This document shows, piece after piece, positions 49,045 through 64,000 of a stretch of DNA of 64,000 bases. Under the pieces are notes generated by a model, which was not told the origin of the DNA, did not search any database, and worked only from the letters and a program-made list of their open reading frames with translations. The DNA lies in NCBI RefSeq assembly GCF_009914755.1, contig NC_060947.1. The stretch is one strand, 5' to 3'. The stretch's first letter is position 1. Every line of letters starts with the position of its first letter. The DNA comes from the human T2T-CHM13v2.0 reference genome, Homo sapiens. A program made the translations under genes and the position numbers.

Positions 49045-51234
49045 TGTGATTTAACCTTTATGTTTCCAAAGCACTTTTGAATACAACATGTCATTTAAGC
49101 CTCAGAACACCCCTAACAGAGTAATACAAATAGAAAGGGTGGAGATAGAAACAGAAAAAAAAGGGGAGTTTCTCTAATTCCTTAAGATACCTACAGATTT
49201 TTTTTTTCTGTGTGTTGCAGAGGGGAAAAAAAAGTATTCCAAGATGGGGGATTACTGATGTCCTGCCACTTTAGCACAACATTCTGCAGAGATATGACAA
49301 TTAGGTTGAACAAACACAGGATCTCTTTAGACAGTTTTATATAATTTGTGTAGGCATATGCACCTGGGAATTTACATCAGCTGCAAGCTCATCTGTCCAT
49401 GATACAAAGGAAAAATCTATAATAACGACCATCAAAATGTTGGGGTGGCCTTTCAACAACTGTCTACTGGTGAACTAAAACGATATTTTCTCCCACCCCA
49501 AGCCCTATGTTTACCATCCTCATGTAATTTAAAACTATGTCTGTGTGATGGTAATGATTCTTCTCACTGGTCCCAGTGTCCTGGCTACTTATAAAAGGAA
49601 GACAAAACAGCAACAAATTATACTCCTTTGGGTTTTAAATGCTCTGAGGAGGAGATATATTGTGACTTTTGTCTAGAATAAGGACATAAGCAGTCTAACA
49701 AGATAGGCCATGCTGCAAGAAATACATTCTATGACATCAATGACTCATTTGCTCAACACTGACATTTTCCAAATGTCTGTAAACCCAGATGATCCCAGAC
49801 CTATGCTTAACTTCTTCATTCACTCATAAAACATGTCTGTCTAATGGGTCTGTCAGCATGTCATCATCTTCAGGGTGACACGTGCTAATTTACTCCTCAC
49901 CCTTGGAACCACATTTAATCCTACCATTTGAGCTCTGCTAAAAGCTTCAGCAGTTCAGAGAGAAAGGGTCAGGGCCAGCAATCGATTTAGCTGATCGGCT
50001 TTCTTCCTGCCAAGCTAAGGATCTTGCTTGAGATTCCTGAGGCTGCTTCTCTTTGTGAAGGCAACCTTATTTTCCTGTGGGGTGGGAAGCAAGGAAGTCT
50101 GAAAACATTTTTCTCATGAATACATGTTTTAGTTCATTAATGAATTAATGGGAGGGAGGCAGGAAGGGGAAATAAACATTAGAACAAAAAAAATAACAGA
50201 GTTGATCACAGAATGTCTTAGGAAGGGCCTCAGGACTCCCGCCTGCATTTTTTTTTGCCCCCCGACAGCGAGTGGAAAGCTAAGTGGCAACCAGGCTAGG
50301 AAGAAAAGAGGAAGGCAAAATACTCTGGGCATGGGAAGAAACTGGAAGAAAGCAGTTGGGGAGGCAGGCCTCAGGCACAAAAAGAACCAATGTCAACCCT
50401 GAGCTGAACTCATCATTCCCTCTGCATGGACCATCATTTCACTCTTTTAGAGGTGGCAGTGGACTCCTACAGTCATGGATGATCCAGAAACCACCACAGT
50501 GATGTCCTGACCCTAACAGATCGGAAACATAGATTTCAAAACGCGAGCATCAGCAACAAAGGATGGGGTGATGGCATGGTAATACTGTTTTTCTGCTAAG
50601 TAACAATGATAATGTCATTACCTTACAAAGGAAACTCCACAGACACTTGCCCTGGATATCCAGTAACAATGAGGACTCTCAATGAGTAGACAAGAGTCAC
50701 CTCTGGAAGTGACTCAGCCCCACAGGAAACACGAACTCCACCCGCAGTTACCACCTTGCCCAGCCCCCAAGTTCCAAGAGCACTTGGCCCAGGGTCAGCA
50801 GATGCCTCTGACCTGGCTCTGCCACTGACTTGCTGGGAGTCCCTCGGGAAAGCTGCTTCAGCACTCTGGGCCTCTGCTCCTCCTTTGTAATCTGCAGAGA
50901 ACACGCATGGTCCCACCTAATTCCCGGGGTTGCTGTGAAGATGAGGGGAAATGCTGAGCTCCGGGGAGACTCCTGAGGAAAGGGGAATGGTGATGATGGT
51001 CCCGGGCTCTTGCTGCCAGTGGTTCAGAATCCTGTGCTGGGAAGCTGTGGTCCTGGAGAAAGATCTAGCTATCATTAAGTTAATTAAATGTTCAACTGTT
51101 GTCTGGGACAGGAGGGAGGAAAACATATTGAGGTAGAGATGAAAAGGAGCGGTTCTAACTGTGCCCTCACAGCATGTCTAGCTCCAAATACTTGGGGTCC
51201 CTACAAAGAAGCAAAATTCCTGGTTTGAATTTTT

Positions 51235-51335
51235 GGCTTACCATTGTATTCCAGCATTTTGCACAGCTCCTGGCACACCATAAATATTCTTCGATGTATG
51301 AATGAATGAATGAATGAATGAATGAATGAGTGAAC
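51235..51335. mobile_element. L2 3' end with a (GAAT)n tail
   Basis: cctggcacaccataaatattc...gaatgaatgaatgaat. Confidence 0.75.
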
Positions 51336-51464
51336 GAACATTGTGAGGGGAAGAGGACAGGGTGCAAATTAAAATTGTTGTCAATAATCTTCAGTGGATA
51401 ATCCTCATGGTCCAAGGAAAGATGACTGTACTACTGTGTTGGGGATGCCACTAACCGTCTTTAG

Positions 51465-51782
<318 letters not shown>

Positions 51783-53279
51783 TGGGTCCCCTCTTTCTCT
51801 AGGGTGTGTCTATCAGTTTCCTTCCATGAACATTAATGCTAGCTAATATTGCTTCCGTTCCCTTCCCTCCATCTCTACGACTCCACGATTTTGACCAATA
51901 ACGTTAGCTTTCTAAGCGTTCATCTTGATGTCATCAAATAGGCTTAAAACAATGAAGACAGGGAGGTTGGGTATGCTTAAGGGTCAAAGACACAACTACC
52001 CAAGGAAGCCTGTTTGATAAGAAACACCTAAAGGTCCTTGTTTACAATAGGGTCACAGAGGAAGCCTTTCCTCCTAGGTTAGTGGGAGCTGTGAGGAATG
52101 GCTGTTGCTCTGAGGCCAGGAGGCTGTTGGCCAAGAGTGGGAACATGGCCACTCTCCACAGCTGGGCTCATTCTGCCCCAAGCGGCAGCGGCCACAGCGT
52201 GGGACACCTTCCAATGGCCATCTCACCCTTGCAGCTGAGCCCTGGCATAGCTCCTGCCAAGCTGCCCTCAGCCCTTCTCCAGGAAGCTTCTCCAGTTGGG
52301 ATGAGACCCAGAAGCTTCGGAACCTTTTCAAACACACTCTGAGCACAAATCAGGAAGGCAGGGATGGGGGTGGCAGGAACACAGACACGGGAGTTATTTT
52401 TGAGTGACTGGAAATAAAAGCTAAACACAGGTGTGTTCTGCACGAGTGGAAATGTTCCTAAATTCACAAGAATTCTTTATAAATAAACTAGAAAACAAAC
52501 CATTCAGGTTGCCACATTTCCTCCTGGCTTCCAGGGACATACAGAAATAGTTTGGGTCTTTGCACATTATTTCAGGAACTGCAGAGGGCTTATACACACC
52601 CACTAAAGGTGTCTGACTCATTTTCTAGAAAGCCACATGAACTGACAATCTGGGGCTAAAAATGAGGGCAAAGCCTGCTCTGTGACTCCTGCTACAGCAC
52701 AGAAAAGCAGGGCAAAGGGAAACCACCTTCAATGATACCAAAGTAAATGTCAGAGGAATTCGGGGTCTATCAGGAACCTCTACGGCGAACACAGAATTTA
52801 GAGAACAGCAGTTCAGGTCTTTCACCTCAACTCCTACATCCAATAAATATGCGTATCAGAATGCATATTAAACAGATCATGGTGAAACCATTCATTTTAT
52901 AATAGCAATAGTATACAATCATCTCAATGAACTTCTGGGCGATTCCTAACTTAGAGGAAGAGTAACAATCTTCTATAATGTCAGCAGGGTTTTACAGGCT
53001 CCGACTCCATTCTTCCCACTTTCAGCAAGCAAAATATTTATGGCATGTTTTCTTTCCAAATTCTTGCTAAAATCTCCTCCACTGTGAACACTTAACTATT
53101 TTAGGTGGATTTTTCACCATTTTAACCTACTTAACGTCATGGCATTCCAGCCTCAGCAGCAAACTGGGCTCAGACACAACAGCCCTTCCATTCCCACTTC
53201 CAGGGCCCAAGAAAGAGCAGCCAGGGTTGGGTGACAATTCCTAGAATTATGGGTGCCACTGACAGACTCCTCCCTGCCA

Positions 53280-53425
53280 GAGTAAATCCTCGCAGCAGCC
53301 CTGTGAGGTCAGCTTTATGGCCCTTGCTTTATGGCTGAGGAAACTCAGACTCAGAGGGGGTAAGCAACATGCCCGAAAAGACACAGCCAGGAACAGTGGA
53401 GCTGGGATTCAAACCCTGGTTCTGG
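53280..53425. mobile_element. MIR
   Basis: aatcctcgcagcagccctgtgagg...gaggaaactcagactcagag...gctgggattcaaaccc. Confidence 0.75.
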
Positions 53426-53711
53426 GAGCTGGTAGCCTACATGGCACTTGTCATCTGAACACACCGCTTCCGGCAAACTGGAATGCTAGGTTAAGGCTGG
53501 CAGGCATTTTATGGAAATAAAAGTAAAAATCTGCACAAGCACAGGATAGCAAGAGATTTGATTTCCCAGCAGGTTGTATAAAAAAATAATAAAAGCAAAA
53601 TGATAGAGCACAAAGGATTTTCTTAAGCAGCAAGCTCTAAAATGGGCCCAAGCAGCATGAGTTAAGACTGGCTGTGTGATTAGCTATCCAAAAAAACCCA
53701 GCAAACTGGAA

Positions 53712-54085
<374 letters not shown>

Positions 54086-56777
54086 TCAGGAACATGGTCT
54101 GAGTCAAGTTAGTGAGGACACATAAGCAGGAGGGGGATATACGGGGGGTACCTGCAGAACAGCCACATGGACCAAGGCCACCAAGACAGACTGAGGTCAG
54201 GACGGGTGAAGGAGTGCTAGGATCATCTATCTGGATTTTACAATAAAGAAAAAGAAAGTTACTAAAGATTTTGATTGGTGCAGAAGGGTAAGTGAGCACA
54301 GCAGTGTTAGAGAATGACAAAAAGAAGGGGCTGAGGTGCTAGGGATGAAGTGGGTAGGGGACACTGGAGTGGGGGGAAACATCCCTCCATCCTTCACTAC
54401 CCCAGGGCTCTCCTCCAGACCGGGTGCTATGGTGGGTGATAGAGAAAGAAGGATGGAGGAAGCCTGGTCCTTGCTCACCTGGCCTGGACAGATACAGAAC
54501 AACTCAAGCCTGTGCTTAGCTCTGCAGGGCAGGAAGTGGCAGGGATAGAGAAAGGCTTGTGGGTGGGAGCAGGGTGGGACTAGGAGGACCAAGTGTCAAA
54601 ATGGTGATATGAGAACTCTAGGCCTGAGGAGTTGGATCAATGTGAAAGTCAGGTCAACAGACCAAGTGTACAGCAGAGATGACAACGTCATGTTTTGCAA
54701 ATATAATATTAATAGCAGTGCGCTGCTTCAGTTTCTAAATTGCTTTCAAATACGTTAATCTATGAAACCAGAGAAATGGGATGTAACCTTCACAACACTC
54801 TTGAAAGCAGCTTGCCACATCTACCTGTTCATTTATCTGTACCATGTGGATGGGACCGATAGATACTCCCTTTCTGACTAAGGTCATTAGAAAAATCACA
54901 TTAATTTTTATCAGACTGGATCTCAGGCTGGGAGGTTAGGAACAAAATCATCAAGATGAATGTGTTCTCATTATGATATGTATTCAAATGGAAGGACTGG
55001 AGTATAATATGTCAAAATAGAAACAGATGTGTGTCTTTTCTCAGACCTCATTAAATATTATTGACATACCAGGTTTTCAACTAAAAAGAGGCTCCCTCTC
55101 TTCCAAAGACAAAACAAAAACAGGCTAGTGAGTCCCCCGCTCCCTCCCACTGCAAAGAATAGCAGTTATTTAATTCTCTGGTTGCTTTATCATCAAGGGG
55201 GAAAAAAGCACTCTAGCCCTTTCCCAGTATTTCTAAAACCAAATTATCTGTGCTAATTATTACAGCATTCGTATTGTGCTTCACACCCATTTAACAACTT
55301 CCTTATTCCGCTTGTTTGGTTACAGGTCTGATTAAAAATAGGAAATGCACTGTGTGTCAGAAAGCAATCTGAAAGAGACAGAAAAGAATCACTTCTGCCT
55401 CATTTGCAGAAAACAACAAGGGAAGCATTCTTCCCCTCATTTCCTCCTGCCATGTTCAACACCTACAGAGACATACTGAAATAACTTCAGGGGAGAATAC
55501 TTTACAGGTAAAAAGATGGACGAGTTCTTGGGTGATCTGCAAAACAGGGAATGATTTGCTGTTCCAGAAAGCATTATATACTCCATACCACTGTTATATG
55601 GAGTCCATGAGAGGACCAGCTTTCTCCCTAAAACTCCTGACCTGTGGCAAGCTAGTTAACTTCTTGGGTCATTAGTTCCCTGACATGTTTGGATTTGGCT
55701 CTTAAAACACACAATCTCTAAAGCCATGTCTTAGAGGTAACCTCTTGATAACAAAGGCAAATCTTACTGATCACCTTATGGACAAGCCCTGGGGGAGGGG
55801 TAGGGCCAGGTGACACCACAGTCTCCACCCTCTCAGTAATGGCCACAGTCGGCGGGACCCTGGGCCTACTCCCACTCTATGCACCTGCAATCTCTTCCCC
55901 TTCCCTGCATCCTCCACCCTGCCAAGGCTTCCCAGCCCTGCGAGAGCGAGCGCAGGCAGCCACGATGATCTCCCAAGTCACACTTGTGCTAAGGGAACTG
56001 TGCTAAGTTCCCTGTCACTCCCCTGAATACAAGAATAAAACCACCATACACATCTTCAAGACCATTCAGCTTCTTACCATATTTGACCATCACAAAAATG
56101 CTGTTCTTCAGAGAAAAAGTCATATATTCTGGGTATTGCTTAAATAATATATCTTTCAACCACCTACTTGGTGAGTACCATTGTGTGAAAGCACACAAAG
56201 TACACAGCCAAGGCCCTTGTTCAATTGCATCACTTCACACAGATTTTATAGCTCTCTGTTTATTTACAGGGCTCTGGCTCTAATAATAATAAAATCATTC
56301 AATCTTCTTAGCCCAAACGAGACAGGAAAAATTCTCTCAGGCACTCTACCTGTCTTTGATCTGAACAGCAAACATTCTTTAAGCGTTTTCTGCCTGTGAG
56401 GCATGACCAGCGTTTTAAAAAAAAACTCCTCCTCGGATACCTCAGGACACAGAGCTCTGCAGCCTGGCTGCTGTGGAGGGCAGGATCTCCAGCCGAGCAG
56501 GCTGCCTTTTGGGTTATTCCTTCTGGAACAGACTTTTCTGAAGGACCATGCAAATCTGCAGCTGGTCCTAAGGCAAACAAATCTATTCTCGTCTCAACGA
56601 ATGCATTCACTTGGATGCTGGGCTTAGCTTGATCAAAAGGAAAGATACAAGATTCTTCCTCACAAGTTCAGGACTGAGAAAACCAAGCTTTCAAGCGCTG
56701 AAGCAAAAGCTTATACTGTCCAGTCAACACCCCAAAGCAGTTCGCGATTTAGAAGGTAGGAGACAACCTTTGTTTAC

Positions 56778-56872
56778 CTTATTGATGAGAGTGACTATAT
56801 CTCCTTCTTTGATTGTCAATTCATCATCATTCTGTGCCTCATATGGAAATATTACTTTGCAGTAATCCTTGC
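56778..56872 (-). CDS. SH3KBP1: SH3KBP1/CIN85 internal coding exon, N-terminal half of the third SH3 domain
   Basis: Minus strand reads tttttcttatag|GC AAG GAT TAC TGC...ATC AAT AAG|gtaaac. It is 95 nt (2 nt + 31 codons) and encodes [31 protein letters not shown], an SH3 RT-loop signature matching CIN85 SH3-C as I recall it. Confidence 0.96.
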
Positions 56873-58679
56873 CTATAAGAAAAACAGAAAACATAACCTT
56901 TAAAATGCTTTATCTAATGAGCTGGCCCAGGAGAAAATGATCTCTATCACATTAAGTTCAGGGAAAGGCACACTTAACAGGTAGCATATTACTGCTGCAT
57001 GAAGAAAGGGTGACCCTCAGAAAATGACCCGAGAGTGCTCATTTTTGGCTCATGTATATTTATTGGCTTCCACTTTTTTTCCCCTTACAAATCATGTGAC
57101 ATCATGAGATGCCCCTGACTGCTTTGCTTTTCTCTGGCAGAAAGGTAAAAAGGTTTCCTTACTCAGGAAAACAGACATATACCATTTTATATACTCTTCA
57201 GGTGCATGCATAAACATATATAGTCTACAGAGGGCAAAAAAACCTTAAGTTTTGCCTCACTGCCTTTTCCCACACATTACTAAATTAGAAACAAGGTATT
57301 TATACATGTTACAAAGCTACCCAGGATACATAAAACAATGAAAAGTTACCCCATTATGGTACGTCTTAAGAGACAAATGTCAATGTATTTCTATGTAAGC
57401 ACATGCCAACCATAAACAGCCAACAAGTATTGACTGAACATTCTTTACACACATATGTGTGGGGGTAAGCTTGTTCAAATATGTCCCATGGCCTTTCTGT
57501 GGGAACCTCCCTATGCATAGATGGCTGTTCCTCAGCAAAGAGATGCAATAGCCCTCACCAAAGAGGGAAAAATACTAAGGCCACTAAAAATCGATTTAAG
57601 TATGTCCTGAATTACATGCTTTTGAAAGTCCATGTGCTGTTAAATCATCTCTATTTATCTGAAAGCACAAGTTACGAAGATAGTGAAAACATTTGTATTT
57701 CGGAAATGGAGACTTGGAAAACTAGGCCTTGATGATTCAGGACAGAAGGTGGACAGAAAAATTCAAGAGAATTAGTATCTACTGGGACAGGCATCGATTA
57801 TTCTGCATCAAAGTCAACAAACCTAATGGCTGTGAATGGCCTTAGATATTTCCCAAGCATCAGGCCCGTTCCTGCAGACGGATCACAACCTAGAGCTATG
57901 TCTTAGAGGTAACCTCTTGATGACAATTATACTGTCCCTAGTGTAATTTATATTACTGAAATGTGTTTATTTATTTTGGTTAACATCCCAACAACCAGAG
58001 ATTGTGACATATAAAATAAAAGCAATTAAGAAATCCATAATACAGATACACTATGGTCTAGGGTTGGGATAGGACAGAGAAGAGAGGGAGGAAGGGGAAG
58101 GGGAAGGAGTGAAGGGAGGAGAGGCGGTATTCACTTTGCTTTTGTGCAGATGTTTTCATATTCTGTTACAATAGCTTGAAAATATTAGTTACATTCCCTG
58201 TCCTAGTGTTGGAAATCTTCCATCTTGGGTATTCTGGGCCTCTGATGGCTTTTGCCCCTTAACCTGTGCTGAGGGGCAATAGTTCTAAATTCCATCAATA
58301 CCATATTCCTAAACCCATATAGTTACCAACGTTCTATCTCTCTTTACTTAGTAATAGCAAACCTCCCCAAATCTGAATTGGTCAAATGTTCTACAGAGAC
58401 AGAAAAAGTTAAAACATGTTTAAATTGGATAATGACAGCTCCTCACCAATTTTCCTATTGACTGTGCTAGTGAAATATGACTGCCAATCTCAAAACTTAC
58501 AACAACACAAACACAGTATCACTGAAGAACTGCACTACAGAGTCCTGGCTTTAAGAATAATTATTTGGATGGAAATCATGAAACAATTTTTACAAAGAAT
58601 ACAGAAACCCACAGCCAACAAAGAAAGAACAGGTCATGTTTCTGTTCCCTTCAGTCAAAAAAAGTTAATTAAGTGTAAT

Positions 58680-58944
58680 AGAGACTGTTGGTTAACATCC
58701 CAGCAGACATTCCCCACCCTCTTCCTAGTTCACAGAATCCTAATTTGTTCAGGCATTACATTCAGGAACATGGAACCCTCTCACAGCCCTGGGGATAAAG
58801 CAAAATATGTCCAGGCAAATAATGTTAATCTCACTCTCTTTTGTTGGTGACTGGTTTAGGGATGGGCAGGTGCTCTATTTGCAGCCAATGAGATGTGAGA
58901 GGAAATCTGCTGGGGGTGGGAGAGGCTGTTAGATTTTGTTCCCT

Positions 58945-59009
<65 letters not shown>

Positions 59010-59255
59010 CAGAGGGAAAGAAAGAGAGAGAGACGGAGAGACCGAGAGACACAGAGAGACACAGAGAGAGAGAGACATGGAGAGACAGAGAGAGAGAGAC
59101 AGACAGACACAGAGAGACAGACAGGCAGACTTGAGGAAGACAGTTGCCCCTGCCATTCTCCTTTTAACAGTTTTATCTTTGTTGGACGTCAGTACAGTGT
59201 TTGGTGCTCTTGAAATCATATTTCAACTGCAAGAGGAATGCCAAGAAAATCAGTG
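58680..59255. mobile_element. Old MaLR LTR (MLT1J/K/L-like) hosting microsatellites
   Basis: gactggtttagggatgggcaggtg...gccaatgagatgtgagaggaaatctgctgggg. Confidence 0.6.
58947..59125. repeat. Perfect (TG)31 followed by a degenerate (GA)/(GACA) tract
   Basis: tg repeat at 58947-59008, then agagggaaagaaagagagagagac... Confidence 0.95.
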
Positions 59256-60101
59256 ATAATTTGATGAGTTTTAATAAATTTATACAGTTGTGTAACCATC
59301 ACCATAATCCAGCTTTAGAACACTTCGACTGTGCAGCTATGCTGTTTTATGTGTAAGGCATTAGACACAGAATTATCTGGAAAGCACCACTGTTAGAGAA
59401 AAAGAGGAGATCCTGGTGCCAGGGCTTGCTGCAGCATATCTCAGCCCTCTTTGCACCCCCCAAAACCGGACACAGAGCTCCCACTCAATGTTTCTTGATG
59501 ATCTCCAAGTGACCCCTATAAAGTGGAGGAACACTTGGAGGGGCCACAAGGAGGAGGAGGAGAGGACGGTGGGCCAGAAGGCAGGATACTTGGGACTAGG
59601 TTGGGTTCCCAGCTGGGCTTTCGCAAGCACATGACCTGAGACAATCACACTACAACTCTGGATGACCTCAGTGTCCTCAGGTGTAAAATCAGGGACCAGC
59701 TAAGGAGGGGAGAGAGGAGAGTCTGGTTAACTTCAGCAGGACACTTAGCAAATTTCAAGGTATTCCAGAGCTCAAATATAAAGGAACTGAAAAAGAGCTG
59801 TTCTGGTTGGGGAGTAGGGCTGTCCCATCTCCCACCCAGGTCCCCAAAGACATGTCAGTGAAGCTCTGAGGGCTCCAAGGGGCACACTGGGCTAGACCTG
59901 AGTTCCTGGGAGCTCTGACTTTGAGCTGTGACTTTTCATGACTCTAGTCACAGGCACTATCACCCAGAACTCCTGACCAAACCCGGCAACCATTAGCTTC
60001 ACACACTTTAATTTATTATGACATATTTTAAAACAGGAATGTATTTTTATTGATGAGGCATTTGAGCCTGAATTCAGTAGTATTAGAAAATAAAAATATT
60101 T

Positions 60102-60475
60102 CTGGATAAAGAAAATGTGGTACATATACACCATGGAATACTATGCAGCCATAAAAAGGAATGAGATCATGTCCTTTGCAGGGACATGGATGAAGCTGGA
60201 AGCCATCATCCTCAGCAGACTGACACAGGGACAGAAAACCAAGCACCGCATGTTCTCACTCATAAGTGGGAGTTGAACATTGAGAATACATGGACACAGA
60301 GAGGGGAACAACACATACCAGGGCCTGTTGGGGGGTGGGGGATGAGGGGAGGGAACTTAGAGGATGGGTCAACAGGTGCAGCAAACCACCATGGCACACA
60401 TATACCTGTGTAACAAACCTGCACATTCTGCACGTGTATCCCGTTTTTTTTTTTTTAGAAGAAAGAAAAAAAATA
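60102..60475 (+). mobile_element. L1PA 3' end (5'-truncated)
   Basis: ggataaagaaaatgtggtacatatacaccatggaatactatgcagccataaaaagg...gtaacaaacctgcacattctgcac. Confidence 0.92.
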
Positions 60476-61959
60476 CTACGTTGCATTGGATGTATCAGTG
60501 GCTTTAAGACACTCAAAATTGTTATCTGCAAAAAAATTATTAACTCTGAGTTTGTGGTTTTAATGTTAAAGTATATGGAACAAAGATGTTCCTGACTTCC
60601 ACTTAAATATTTATTGGACCACCACCATGAAAAAGACATTGCCAATTTGGGGGACTGTAATATACAAGTAAGCCCAACCACCCCCTCCTGTCCCTGCATG
60701 GAAGTGACAGTCTAATTCTTGGAGAAAAGCAAGGGGAGGAGAATGGCAGAAAGAAAAGACAAAGCCATGCATACACATAAACTCACTATGATGGAATATT
60801 GTTGTGTTTCAGAGAAAGGCAAGATTACATTCAGGAGAAAGTTCTCAAAAGAGGAGGCATTTGATATGTCTTAAAAGAAGGGTATAATTCCACATCCTTT
60901 GGATGTGGGAAGATTATAAATTTTAAATGAGTATCGGACAGAGTTGGAGAAGAAGGGAATTAAATTAATTTTGAGAGGCAGGCATTTTCCATCTATTCAT
61001 CAATTGGATGGATTTAATTAGAGATCAAATAGGAATGAATAGACACACACACATAGAGAGAGAGAGAGAGAGAAAAAATAAAGCATAATTTATCCAGCAA
61101 TTTGAGATGATTTTGTCTTTTTTCTTTAGAAAGGTTAAAAATGACTAATGAATTAGCATAAGACTGAAATCCTAAATCAGTTCATAAGCCTTTTTTTGTC
61201 TTAGAGTCCTTTAAGAATCTGATAAAAAGCAATGACTCTTTCCAGAAAAAAAAAAACACAACACAACAAACCATACACACACACACTCAAATGTGCAGAG
61301 AAAATGTATACAATATCAGAAGGTTTGAGGACCCCAAAGCTGTTAGTTACCTAGTTCCCACATCAAGAGCCCCAGTACTAATTATTGGCTTTCAAATTTT
61401 AAGAAGCTTGCTCTATTAAAATCACCAAAATGTCCAGTCATGATTTACACCCTCCCCAAAAAACATTATTTCAATCTCTAAACTTTTAGAAATTTACATA
61501 ATATTAAAAACAGACTGTTAAAGGAATTGAACTCACATGCCCACATCACATGACTGCCTGCAGCTAGTTTTATAATCTATTCAATAAAAACAAACCAACT
61601 TCAAACAAACAAGCAAAAACCCTCTCAGCTTAAAAAAAAATAAAAGCAGAACCAACAGAATAAATATATCAGCAAGCTGAACATATACACAGAAGGAAAT
61701 AACATTAAATCCAGGACAACTCTCTGAGTTCAGTTTTAGGGTATAAAGATCAAAACCCCATGTGTCATAGGCAGATTCTGCTAGGAAGACTTTCAGAGCT
61801 TTAAGCAGCATTTGGAAAGTACCAGGTCACACCTAAAACTGGAGTTTTCCTTTCCCTTGGGACAGTACAACAAAAGTATCAAGCTCAGGGATAATCTAGT
61901 TTCACGCACATCATAATCAGAAATTCTCTCGTTCAACTGACAAATATTATCTCAGACAC

Positions 61960-62255
61960 TACTGGTTGGTAATCCCTCACTCAGAAGCCCTGGGGACAGG
62001 ATTATTCAGATTTTAGAAAGGAAATATACTGCATATACCATATAATACGTAACATCCTCAGCTGGGGGCTGGGGCTGCACCCAACCATTAAAATTCTGCA
62101 GTAAATGGATGACTGGTCACTCCAAGTGGGAAAAATAAAGACTATGAGTAGGCATATGTCAGTCCAGAACAAGTTTTATCACCCAATGAGTAATAAAACA
62201 TTTTAGTTTTCAGAGCTTTTTGTATTTTAGAATGGCACATAAGGGTGTGGACTTC
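61960..62255. mobile_element. Probable Tigger-type DNA transposon relic
   Basis: Ends resemble Tigger termini (ggttggtaatccctca... and ...tttcagagctttttgtattttagaat...ataagggtgtggac). The family was not determined. Confidence 0.4.
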
Positions 62256-62708
62256 TATCATGTTCTAGGAAAGAGAAATTAAGGTAAATAAGACACTATC
62301 TGCTCGAGGAGCTCAAGTAGCAGAAAAGGGTTTGCAAACATACAGTGTTGACCAGACAACAGTGAAGATAGGATGAGAGCCATGCATTCGGCTTAAAGTG
62401 TCAGAGTATCTGAAACGGGACAATCACTTCCCAAACAAGAGACTCAGGATCTTGTCAGAGAGGAAGAAAATGACAGTGGGCTTTGTACAATGTTCTAGGA
62501 CACTGACCAGAGGAGTAGGATTGGGGTATGTTTCCCAATCAATCATCCCTGATAAGAATTTTGTGGGGCACCTGTTCATTCTATTATCTTCCCAGACCTC
62601 TTCCCTGCAGATGTGAATCTTCAGATCTGAGGTGGGACCGGGAATCCATTTACTAAACACATACTCTGGTGATTCTCATCATCAGAGAAGCTTTAAAAAC
62701 CTTAGTCT

Positions 62709-63350
<642 letters not shown>

Positions 63351-63356
63351 CTAGGT

Positions 63357-63535
63357 CAGTGGTTCTCAGGCTTGAGTGGGCATTGGCATCAGGTGGAGAG
63401 CTTGTAAAAATAGATCAACTGGGCCCCACCCCCAGGGGTTCTGATTCTGTAGGGCTGGTATTTGCATTTCTAACAAGTTCCTAGGTGATGCTCCTGCTGC
63501 TGCTAGTTCTGGGACCACGCTGTGAGAACCACTGG
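63357..63535. mobile_element. MER5A; a second MER5 fragment lies at about 62590-62705
   Basis: cagtggttctca...tttgcatttctaacaagttcctaggtgatgct...gagaaccactg, flanked by tctag. Confidence 0.85.
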
Positions 63536-63824
63536 TCTAGTAATGGGTATTAGCAAATGTTTAATTCCAGGAAGGAGCAAAACAGTTGTGGGGACCTGGA
63601 GGGTGGACAAGTATGGTGGTAGCACTGGGGGTGGGTGTGCCATATGCTAGATTTAGACAGGAACTCCAGTTCTGGGTCAGATTCTGAGGATCTGGGGCTA
63701 GTGAGGAGTAGTGAAATACATACTAGGCTTGTCATCTATTCAGTAAATAATAACTGAGCGTCCACTGCATGCCAGGCAGCAGGGATGCCACAATGCCCTC
63801 GTGGGGCTTACTACAGTCTATACC

Positions 63825-64000
63825 AGCAGTTTGAAACTAGGGCTTCCCAGGAAATACTGGCAATACCTGGAGACAATTCTACTTATTAGAACTTGGCAGG
63901 GAATGGGGGTTGAGTGCTACTGGCATCTAGTGGGCAGAGGCCAGGGATGCTGCCAAACATTCTACAATGCACACAGAGGACAACGCCCACCAACAGACAA
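63825..64000. mobile_element. MER20-like hAT MITE, running off the window end
   Basis: ggcaatacctggagaca...tgctactggcatctagtgggcagaggccagggatgctgccaaacattctacaatgcaca. Confidence 0.8.

Overview
Primate (most likely human) genomic DNA from inside a large intron-rich gene, not a microbial locus. Five short coding exons on the minus strand (56778-56872, 32852-32959, 19863-19914, 16981-17061, 13557-13716) have GT/AG boundaries and splice in frame. They encode the third SH3 domain and the proline-rich region of SH3KBP1 (CIN85/Ruk), which I recognised from the translated peptide. I did not find the flanking exons in the window. The rest is intron, containing about 28 Alus, a near full-length Tigger1, MER5/MER58/MER20 DNA-transposon relics, L1/L2/MIR fragments, old LTRs and microsatellites. 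Almost all ORFs in the supplied track are repeat-derived or chance. I see no convincing new gene or multi-gene system. The most unusual signal is four short (about 45-75 bp) same-orientation duplications whose copies lie 1.6-3 kb apart. In two of them the copy can be identified because it interrupts an older repeat, and in both the copy lies at the lower coordinate. Repeat boundaries and subfamily calls were made by eye and are approximate.
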